Shown in pieces: positions 26,864 to 34,113 of a stretch of 57,866 nt of DNA. Both the position numbers and the translations under genes were made by a program. Numbering within the stretch: position 1 is the first letter of the stretch; every line of letters begins with the position of its first letter. Source of the DNA: Thermoplasmata archaeon (lineage in GTDB: Archaea > Thermoplasmatota > Thermoplasmata > Lutacidiplasmatales > UBA184); NCBI GenBank assembly GCA_035632035.1, contig DASQHP010000037.1:1-57866 (forward strand). The letters run 5' to 3'. Under the pieces are notes generated by a model. The model saw only the letters and a list, made by a program, of their open reading frames with translations, searched no databases and was not told where the DNA came from.

Positions 26864-28142
26864 CAGCGCGGACCCCCGGCGGGTCCATCAGGAGACGCTG
26901 GACGGCGGGCTCGTGCTCGCGACGCAGGCCGCCCCGCCGGGGTCAGCGAGCTTCTCGGCCACCTACGTCGGTCCCGCGGGCTGGGCGTACGACCCGGTCG
27001 GTCGCGAGGGGTCGGCGCTCGCAGTCTCCCAGCTCCTCACGAGCGGCGCCGGGAAGTGGGACCGGCGGGCTCTCGACCGGCACCTCGACCGGCTGGGAGC
27101 GACGCTCACACGGGCCTGCGACCCCGAGTCCTCCGAGGTCACGGTCTGGGGGCCCCGCGAGCTCGCGGATTCCCTGTTGGAACTCCTCGAGGCCGTCGTC
27201 CTGCGTCCGCACCTCAACGGGTCCGACCTGGACCGGGTCCGTCGTCAGCTCCTGGAACGCCAGTTGAGGGAGGAGACCCAACCCGACAGCCGAGCGGACC
27301 GAGAAGTGGCGCGTGCCATCTTCCCGTCGGGGCATCCGTACCGGCTCACCGGGCTCGGTACGCCGGCGAGCATCCGGGCCATCACGGCGGAGGGGGTCCG
27401 TCGCTTTCATCGAGCCCATTTCAGCGAAGGGGGCGGTCTCGTGACGGTGACCGGCGCGCCGTCCGGGCTTGACGTTCGAACGGCGGTACGTCGCCGGTTC
27501 CGGGAGTTCGCCGCTCAACGCGCCCCCGCGCCACCTCGACGGCCCGCGGTGCCCCGTCCCGCGGACCGTGAGATTCGGGTCACGCTGCCCGGTCGAAGCC
27601 AGGTCGAGATCCGGGTCGGCGGTGAGTCGATCGCGCGGGAATCCGACCTGTTCCCGGGGGTATTCCTCGCGAACGAGGTGCTGGGCGGCCGACCGCTCCT
27701 TTCCCGGCTGTTCCAGACCGTGCGGGAGAGCCGCGGGCTCGCCTACCACGCCTCCTCGGAGGTTCAGGCGATGCGCTGGGGAGGGTACTGGGTCGCGGGG
27801 GCTGGTACGGGACCCGAGCGGGTCGCGGAAACTCAGCGGGTCGTCCAGCGCGAGATCCGGCGGATCTCCGAGGAACTGGTCCGCCCGGCCGAACTCGACC
27901 GCATCCGCGAGAGCGCTATCGGAGAACTCCCCCTCAGCCTGGAGACGACCTCCGGCGCCCATGACCTGGCCGTCGACATCGCGTACTACTCCCTTCCCGA
28001 GCGATTCCTGCTCGATTGGCCCGCGACGCTGCGCGCGGTCCGCCCGGCCGCGCTGCGCCGGGCCGCGGAAGAGGGGATGGACGGCCGGCGCTCGGTGACC
28101 GTGGTCGCGGGACCGCCGGCCGGTGTCTCCCGCCACCGCTGA
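26853..28142 (+). CDS. M16 family peptidase-like partner, HxxEH motif lost
   Basis: 429 aa. It overlaps the previous gene by 11 nt, with GGAGG upstream of the ATG at 26853. The equivalent position reads GSALAVSQLLTSGAG, with no His-x-x-Glu-His. Confidence 0.7.
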   Translation: MARDSADPRRVHQETLDGGLVLATQAAPPGSASFSATYVGPAGWAYDPVGREGSALAVSQLLTSGAGKWDRRALDRHLDRLGATLTRACDPESSEVTVWGPRELADSLLELLEAVVLRPHLNGSDLDRVRRQLLERQLREETQPDSRADREVARAIFPSGHPYRLTGLGTPASIRAITAEGVRRFHRAHFSEGGGLVTVTGAPSGLDVRTAVRRRFREFAAQRAPAPPRRPAVPRPADREIRVTLPGRSQVEIRVGGESIARESDLFPGVFLANEVLGGRPLLSRLFQTVRESRGLAYHASSEVQAMRWGGYWVAGAGTGPERVAETQRVVQREIRRISEELVRPAELDRIRESAIGELPLSLETTSGAHDLAVDIAYYSLPERFLLDWPATLRAVRPAALRRAAEEGMDGRRSVTVVAGPPAGVSRHR

Positions 28143-28196
28143 TTCGATGTCCCGAGCGTCCCTCGCCCCGGGGAGAAACACCGGCGTTTGAATACG

Positions 28197-28205
28197 CATA
28201 TATAG
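28197..28205 (+). promoter_or_regulatory. TATA box CATATATAG about 27 nt upstream of the ATG at 28228 (leaderless mRNA predicted)
   Basis: AT island; the same 9-mer occurs at 55638 in front of the L44e gene. Confidence 0.4.
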
Positions 28206-28227
28206 GGGTTGGAATGTAGGCCGCGGC

Positions 28228-28491
28228 ATGCCGGGAAATCGCCGCGAAGTCCGTGAGCAGGCCGGGATGCTTCGGAAGAACATCACGATCACACACGAGG
28301 AGCACGCGTTCCTTCAGCGCCACCCGGAGATCAATCAGAGCGCCCTGTTCCGCCAGATCGTGGAGAGCATGATGCTCGCCGAACGAGCGCCCCACGTGGC
28401 CTCGGTGCAGAACGTTCGTCTCGGGAAGGCGGTCTACCGCAGCGGCGCCATCATGTTCCAGAAGACCGAGAAGCGGCGGTCGGTCGACTAG
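28228..28491 (+). CDS. Small ribbon-helix-helix (CopG/Arc-like) protein
   Basis: 87 aa. KNITITHEEHAFLQRHPEINQSALFRQIVESMM fits a beta-strand/helix/helix RHH pattern. Confidence 0.4.
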   Translation: MPGNRREVREQAGMLRKNITITHEEHAFLQRHPEINQSALFRQIVESMMLAERAPHVASVQNVRLGKAVYRSGAIMFQKTEKRRSVD

Positions 28492-28497
28492 ACCGAC

Positions 28498-29328
28498 TCA
28501 CACTGTCCCGGGTCGGTCCCGTCGGCCCGCGAGCCCCTCGGAAAGTCGGGGCTGCAGGCCCGCCGTCGACGGAAGACCCAGGTCGGCCCGCCGGGCGTAG
28601 AGCGCACCCTCCGCGCCGGGAGTCGCCTCCATCGCGAGCTGGGCGGTCGCTCCGTCCACCCCGAGGAGGGCGTGACGGGAGATGATGTGGCCGAACGCCC
28701 AGTGACGGTGGAGAGCGAGGTCCGTGAAGTGCGGGGCGTAGTGGCCTCCGCCGACCCCGACCACGACGCGGTCCTGAGGGTCCGGGCGAATCTCAGGTAG
28801 GACCCGGGCGAGCACGCGGGTGGCGGCTACGGGCGGCGATGGGTCCGCCCCGAACCCGATCTCTGCGAAGAACGACGGAACATGCGAGAGCGGGCCATGG
28901 TGGGTTGCTTCGAACGTGGCCGGTATCCCCGCGTCCTCCCCGCCCTCGTCGAGCCGGCGGAGGGCGTCGGTCATCAGCCGCGGCGCGGCGGGGACAAGAA
29001 AGTGGGCGGCGCCGCCAACCTCGGCGGACGAACCAAAGTTACCCAGGGGGTGGACCGTAAAGCACCGGGTGCCACTCTCGCTTCGATGGATCGACGCATA
29101 GACGACCGCGTTGATCTGATCTGCGACGACCGCCGGCAGCCGTCGCTCAACCCAGTCGTCGTGGATGTGGAGCCGGTCGCGGACCAGGATGAATGGACCG
29201 CCCGCCCACTGCCGCAGCGGTGCGCCGTCCACGGAGTCGCCCGTGGCGGGCACGGACCCCCACTCCTCGAGGACGGCCCGGGCCACGGGGTCGGATCGCG
29301 ACAGCACGATGAGATGGGTCGCGTCCAT
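28498..29328 (-). CDS. dtdA: D-aminoacyl-tRNA deacylase, archaeal DTD2 type
   Basis: 276 aa. Contains FEATHHGP..VPSFFAEIG and GGGHYAP, hallmarks of the DTD2 family. Confidence 0.75.
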   Translation of the reverse strand: MDATHLIVLSRSDPVARAVLEEWGSVPATGDSVDGAPLRQWAGGPFILVRDRLHIHDDWVERRLPAVVADQINAVVYASIHRSESGTRCFTVHPLGNFGSSAEVGGAAHFLVPAAPRLMTDALRRLDEGGEDAGIPATFEATHHGPLSHVPSFFAEIGFGADPSPPVAATRVLARVLPEIRPDPQDRVVVGVGGGHYAPHFTDLALHRHWAFGHIISRHALLGVDGATAQLAMEATPGAEGALYARRADLGLPSTAGLQPRLSEGLAGRRDRPGTV

Positions 29329-29483
29329 GTACTCCCAGCACCAGGACGGCTTATCGCCTCTTCTCGGAGGCCGACGTCGAGTTGAGTCGGCCCTAGAGCG
29401 GCCGCTCAGGCTGAGGGGGTCGAACGCGCCGCACCCCGCGGCGAGAAACCCTTAACGCAGCGTGGGACTACTCACCCGTCGCC

Positions 29484-30128
29484 ATGTCCGGCAGCGGGGC
29501 GTGGGTGCACCAACGGCGGCCTTCGGGTCTTCGTTCCGAGCTCTTCGTCCTCGGCCTCGTCGTGGGCGTGGTCGTGGCCCTCGGCGCCGCGGGAGCGTTC
29601 GTCCTGTTGACCCTGCCTCCGCGTTGCGCGGGCTGCCCGTCTTCCAGCCCCCTCGCGCTCGCTCTGGTGGTGGGAGGCGCGTCCGCGTCGTGCATCGCTC
29701 CTTCCGTGGGGGCCATCCTCTGCACCTACACCTTCTCGGTGAACGTGACCCCCCTCTACGCTCCCACCCCGAGCGGGTCGGGTCCGTCCGCTGGGTCCGC
29801 TCCCACACCCCTCGACCTCACGTTCGAGCTCGAGGACTCGAGCGACTTCTCAATCGTCCAGAATCTCTCCAGCGTGTCCCTGGTAACTCCCAGCGGGTGC
29901 GCGATCGGGAGCTGGTCACCGGATCCGTCGACCGGAACCGGCGGGTCGTGGTCCCCCTCCGGCGGCTGCGGAGCTCAGACCCTCTCCTCTCCCCTCACGA
30001 CCGGAGATCGACTGATCCTGACGCCGGACCCCCCCTACGCTCTCTCCCTCTCCCATCGCGGGGTCCACCTGCTTGCGATCGCCACGGGCGGCGGGTTCGC
30101 GGGACAGGTCGGCGGCTGGATCCCCTAG
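29484..30128 (+). CDS. Membrane-anchored or secreted hypothetical protein
   Basis: 214 aa. The N-terminus has a basic stretch followed by hydrophobic LFVLGLVVGVVVALGAAGAFVLL, then a Ser/Pro/Gly-rich beta-type sequence with 6 Cys. No family was recognised. Confidence 0.4.
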   Translation: MSGSGAWVHQRRPSGLRSELFVLGLVVGVVVALGAAGAFVLLTLPPRCAGCPSSSPLALALVVGGASASCIAPSVGAILCTYTFSVNVTPLYAPTPSGSGPSAGSAPTPLDLTFELEDSSDFSIVQNLSSVSLVTPSGCAIGSWSPDPSTGTGGSWSPSGGCGAQTLSSPLTTGDRLILTPDPPYALSLSHRGVHLLAIATGGGFAGQVGGWIP

Positions 30129-30135
30129 GCGCGGT

Positions 30136-32541
30136 TCACCCGTTCCGCTCGATGGAGCGCTCGTATCGCTCCAACATCTCCAATCCGAACTGGATTCCGC
30201 GGCCGCTCTCGGCGAACGAGTTTGCCGTCAACCACCGTTCCATCTCGGCCCGGCGCCCGATGCCGAGCGATGGGATCGCCGCCTGAAGGAACCGGCCGGC
30301 CGAGCCAGTGCCCGCGGTGAGTCGGGCGATGTCGCCCATCCGGTCCTGGAGGAACTGCCAGGTCGTGCCCGCCCGCTCGGGGTTGTGATAGATCGCGGCA
30401 CCGAACACCGCGCTCCAGACCCCGATGGGAATGGAGCCGGTGAACGCGAGGTCGAGACACTCCCGGAGCCGGTCGGGGCGATCCGTGCAGCCGAGGGCGA
30501 CCGCGACCTGGCGGCCCGCCTCCACCCCGGTGGCGGTCGACAGCCGCGCCCGAAGGGCCTCGTAGCCCGCCTCCCCCCCAGTGATCGCGGTCGCGATCAG
30601 GACCGCGCCGGCCACTTCGGCGGGCAACTGGTCGACCTCGAAGAATCGGTCCGCGAGGCTCCGCGCGAAGGCCGGGTCGAGATGCGCACGGGCCTCGATG
30701 AGCCCCTCCCGCATCCCCCGGACGCGATCCCCTTCGGGCGCGGCGGAGGAAAGACCGATCCGCTCGAGCTGCGCCTGGACCACGCGCCCGAGATCGCTCT
30801 TCCACCGCGGGATCCGATGGATCAGGGGGTGGTGGATGTAGAACGTGTGGGACACCTCGTCCACGACGAACGGCTCGGGGTCATCCCGCGCAGCGGCGAG
30901 CACTTCGAGGTACTCCTCCAGCTCGGACTCCCCGGCGAGGTACAGGGCGAGCGCGTCGTTGAGGAGCCCCCACCGGTCGATCGCTGGCAATGTTCGGGCC
31001 GACGCCCGGACCTCCCGAGCCAGTTCCCCCTCGTACCGGACGCGATAGAATCCGGTTCGGCCGGGGTTGGCCACGACCCGGCTCCCCGACACCCCTTTCC
31101 ACTCGACCGACCCGACGTCCACGAGCCGACGCTCGAGCCGCCCGTCCACCATGAGGGTGAACGGGATCGGCCAGGGCGGGTCCGAGTTCCCCGGGTTCGA
31201 CCCGAACCGGCGCTGGGCGAGGCGCAGCCCGTCGGAGGACCTGGAGACGATGACGAGCGGGAAGCCGGGACGGTCGATCCACGACCCCAGGATCCGCTGC
31301 ACGTCCTCCTTCGACTCGGCCGCCAGCGCCTGCCAAAGGTCAGCGCCGTCCGCGTTGCTCCCCTGGTGGAGTCTCAGGTATCGCTGGACCCCGGAGCGGA
31401 ATGACGTCTCCCCGAGGAATCCTTCCGCCATCCGCAGGAGGCTCGCGCCTTTCCCGTAGCTGATCTGGTCGAAGATCTGTTGGATCTGGTCCGGATTGCT
31501 GACCTCGGCCCGGACCGGGTGGGTGCTGGGCAACGCGTCCCACATCATCGCCCCGGCGGTCTGGTCGCGGAGGAAATGCTCCCAGGCCCGCCATTCGGGG
31601 AAGAGCGCGTTGACGGCGCGGAACCCGACAAACGTGGCGAAGCTCTCGTTGAGCCACAGGTCTTCCCACCAGCGCATGGTGACGAGATTCCCAAACCACT
31701 GGTGGGCGATCTCATGCGCGAGCACGTCCGCGAGCATCATGCGCGTCGACGGAGGGGACCGCTCTCCCAGCAGCAGGTAGTACTCCTGGAACGTGATCGC
31801 GCCCCAGTTCTCCATCGCCCCGGAGCCGTAGTGAGGGATCGCGATGAGGTGCAGTTTCGGCAACGGGAAGGGGATCCCGTAGTAGTCGCCGAAGTACTGC
31901 AGGATCCGGCTCGCGTGTTCCACCGCGAACTGCCCGTCCTTCGACCTTCCCTCGGCGGCCGCGACGATCACTTGGGGAGCAGGCGATGGCCCTTCCAGGA
32001 CCTCGAACGGCCCGACTCCGATGTAGAGGAGGTACGTGGCCATCGGGGGAGTCGGGGCGAAGCGGGTACGGACGCGGCCGTCCGGGAGGGTGGTCTGCTC
32101 GACCGGGGGTGTGTTCGAGATCGCGAGGTGGGCGGACGGATGCGTCAGCTCGATCGCGAAGACGGCCTTCCGGTCGGGGCGGTCGAGGCACGGGAGCACT
32201 TGCCGGGCGACGGTTGGCTCCAAGTCGGTCGTGTAGACGCGGCCACGGCCGAGTGGCGAGACGTAGAACCCCGCGAGCCCCCCGTCATCGATCCGGCCCG
32301 AGTAGTGGACCGTCACGGGTCCGCCGGGGTCGGGAATGGGGCCGATCCGCAGCTCCCCCGCGTCCTTCCGGATCTCGAAGGGGACCGGGCCCGCCGGCGT
32401 CTCGACGGACGCTACGGCGAGGCCGACCGAGTCGAGGGTCAGGTGATCGGGCAGCTCGGGAGAACCTATCCGGACGACGCCCTGAAAGTCGAGGGAGTCC
32501 GCCGCCACCTCGATGGCGAGGTCGTATCGCAGGTCCTTCAT
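30136..32541 (-). CDS. M1-family aminopeptidase (tricorn-interacting-factor F2/F3-like)
   Basis: ORF 30136..32739, trimmed to ATG at 32541 (MKDLRYDLAIEV...), giving 801 aa. Contains GAMENWG and HEIAHQWFGNLVTMRWWEDLWLNESFA. Confidence 0.85.
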   Translation of the reverse strand: MKDLRYDLAIEVAADSLDFQGVVRIGSPELPDHLTLDSVGLAVASVETPAGPVPFEIRKDAGELRIGPIPDPGGPVTVHYSGRIDDGGLAGFYVSPLGRGRVYTTDLEPTVARQVLPCLDRPDRKAVFAIELTHPSAHLAISNTPPVEQTTLPDGRVRTRFAPTPPMATYLLYIGVGPFEVLEGPSPAPQVIVAAAEGRSKDGQFAVEHASRILQYFGDYYGIPFPLPKLHLIAIPHYGSGAMENWGAITFQEYYLLLGERSPPSTRMMLADVLAHEIAHQWFGNLVTMRWWEDLWLNESFATFVGFRAVNALFPEWRAWEHFLRDQTAGAMMWDALPSTHPVRAEVSNPDQIQQIFDQISYGKGASLLRMAEGFLGETSFRSGVQRYLRLHQGSNADGADLWQALAAESKEDVQRILGSWIDRPGFPLVIVSRSSDGLRLAQRRFGSNPGNSDPPWPIPFTLMVDGRLERRLVDVGSVEWKGVSGSRVVANPGRTGFYRVRYEGELAREVRASARTLPAIDRWGLLNDALALYLAGESELEEYLEVLAAARDDPEPFVVDEVSHTFYIHHPLIHRIPRWKSDLGRVVQAQLERIGLSSAAPEGDRVRGMREGLIEARAHLDPAFARSLADRFFEVDQLPAEVAGAVLIATAITGGEAGYEALRARLSTATGVEAGRQVAVALGCTDRPDRLRECLDLAFTGSIPIGVWSAVFGAAIYHNPERAGTTWQFLQDRMGDIARLTAGTGSAGRFLQAAIPSLGIGRRAEMERWLTANSFAESGRGIQFGLEMLERYERSIERNG

Positions 32542-32751
32542 CCGCCCGGCTACCCGGGAATCCTCGCCGGGTATAGAAGTGACGGGCGGGCCGGGCGCTC
32601 GCCCGTCGTCGGCATCCGGTGGCGGGTCGTGGAGCCCGGCTGACGGAGGAACCCCGTGGGGGTGTGGGCGGATGCGCACGCACCGTATTGTGGAGGATGA
32701 GACGGCGCGAAAACCGCTTAAGCCCGAGCCATCCTCCATCTCCGAGCAGGC

Positions 32752-33432
32752 ATGGGTGGGGCGGACAGCCTGCCGCCGACCGGGGCGGCGCCATCAGAGG
32801 GCATACTGGGCCGGGGTCTCGACGACCGGCGGCTCGAGCTGCTCATGCGCATCCACGAGAACGGCATGCGCGCCATGCTCGGGGTGACGAAGCACGAGAA
32901 CTGGCGCTCGCGGCCCCATAACACGAGCTACTTCGATTGCATCATCGGGGCGAGACTGGCCCGGATGGCCTACGACAGGTTCCGGACGGCGCCGGAGCCG
33001 GTCCGGGACTTTCTGCGACTCCATCACGTGCACGAGCTCTGCCACTGCACGATGGAGCGGCACCCCGTGCCCCAGCCGTTGGCGGACCGCATCTCCTCCC
33101 TGCTGGAGAAGGTGATGACCGATCACGGCCTGGTCGCCTACCTCGCCTGCGCGCAGCTGACCGCCGAGCGCTCGGCGTTCGGGGTCGCGATGTTCGGCCG
33201 GTTCGACGACGACCCCCACACGACCACGAAGGGCGGTCTCGACGAGTTCTACCACACGACGACCCCGCTCCTCCTCCTGGCCTACCTCGCGCCGAGCGAG
33301 GAGGAACTGGAGCAGGCGATCCGCGACCAGGAGGAGCTCCTCGCCCTGATGAAGGTCCCCACGGCCGGCCTCTACGCCCCGTCGCTCGAGGTCCGCTGCA
33401 CGCTCGCCGGCCGGGACGCCCACAACGTCTGA
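32752..33432 (+). CDS. Hypothetical protein with an HExxH motif (possible small metallopeptidase-like)
   Basis: 226-aa ORF; the true start may be an internal Met (MRIHENG / MRAMLG). Contains LHHVHELCHCTMERH. No family was recognised. Confidence 0.35.
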   Translation: MGGADSLPPTGAAPSEGILGRGLDDRRLELLMRIHENGMRAMLGVTKHENWRSRPHNTSYFDCIIGARLARMAYDRFRTAPEPVRDFLRLHHVHELCHCTMERHPVPQPLADRISSLLEKVMTDHGLVAYLACAQLTAERSAFGVAMFGRFDDDPHTTTKGGLDEFYHTTTPLLLLAYLAPSEEELEQAIRDQEELLALMKVPTAGLYAPSLEVRCTLAGRDAHNV

Positions 33433-33450
33433 CCTCCCCGAGGGAAGAGG

Positions 33451-33551
33451 TGCTCCCGGCGGGAGTTTCCCCGGCGGGGGTACCCCGTCGGTTTTGAACC
33501 CGCGTCAGAGGCTCGAGAGGCCTCTATCCTTGACCACTAGACTACGGGAGC
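33451..33551 (-). tRNA. tRNA-Glu (anticodon CUC) interrupted by a 28-nt intron in the T-loop (position 59/60)
   Basis: Minus strand reads GCTCCCG TA GTCT AGTGGTCAA GGAT A GAGGC CTCTCGA GCCTC TGAC GCGGG TTCAAA [28 nt] T CCCGC CGGGAGC A. After removing the insert, this is a 73-nt cloverleaf with a perfect 7-bp acceptor stem, 5-bp anticodon and T stems, U33, and a T-loop of TTCAAAT. CC follows the discriminator. Confidence 0.8.
33465..33492 (-). other. Predicted tRNA intron (ACCGACGGGGTACCCCCGCCGGGGAAAC) with a bulge-helix-bulge context
   Basis: See the tRNA finding: the hBHBh' structure can be drawn by hand with both predicted cut sites between the 2nd and 3rd nucleotides of 3-nt bulges. Confidence 0.65.
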
Positions 33552-33655
33552 GCCGCGTGCGGCTAGCGGACCGCTGTTTTGAGGCTTTCGACGTCCGGGT
33601 ACCGGACCCGGCCGGGGCCGACAAGGGCTAAGTCTCCGGTCGCGCTGCGCGGAGC

Positions 33656-34099
33656 GTGACTCCGCCCGTGAAGGCCCGCAGTGGCCACATCCTCCTCGAC
33701 GCCAAGCGATCCTACAAGGACCTGGTCCGGGTCTACCCCGAGATCCACAAGCGCGTCGTCGAGGCGAATCGCCCGTTCTTCAAGGAGACGGAGCCGATGA
33801 TGCCAGATGTCCTTCTGGAGGAGAACCTCCGGGACATCCGCGCGAACCGTAAGCCGGCCGGCTACAACCGGCCCGACGCGTTCGGCATGCGGCTCGTCTT
33901 TCCGATCGTCGACCCGAAACGGGCCGAGTTCTACTTCTCGAAGCCGTCCCGGTGCCAGGAGATCGTCCAGATGACGGAGCTCGTCTCCCAGATGCTCCGT
34001 CGACGCGGACTCCGACACTCCGTCGAGTACGACCGGCTGCAGCTCGGAGCCCCCCGGAATCCGCCCGGGTACCCGGCACCCGCGCCCTCCGGCGCGTAA
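33656..34099 (+). CDS. Hypothetical protein
   Basis: 147 aa with a GTG start. The composition is protein-like (KRSYKDLVRVYPEIHKRVVEANRPFFKETEPMMPDVLLEENLRDIR...). The overlapping minus-strand ORF has shadow-frame composition. Confidence 0.4.
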   Translation: MTPPVKARSGHILLDAKRSYKDLVRVYPEIHKRVVEANRPFFKETEPMMPDVLLEENLRDIRANRKPAGYNRPDAFGMRLVFPIVDPKRAEFYFSKPSRCQEIVQMTELVSQMLRRRGLRHSVEYDRLQLGAPRNPPGYPAPAPSGA

Positions 34100-34113
34100 C
34101 GGGCCCGCCCGAG

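Noticed and set aside
33563-34018. 151-aa minus-strand ORF overlapping the 33656..34099 plus-strand ORF
   Set aside because: The plus-strand product has balanced, Lys-containing, protein-like composition. The minus-strand product has the Arg/Asp/Leu/Val shadow pattern. The choice remains only moderately certain.
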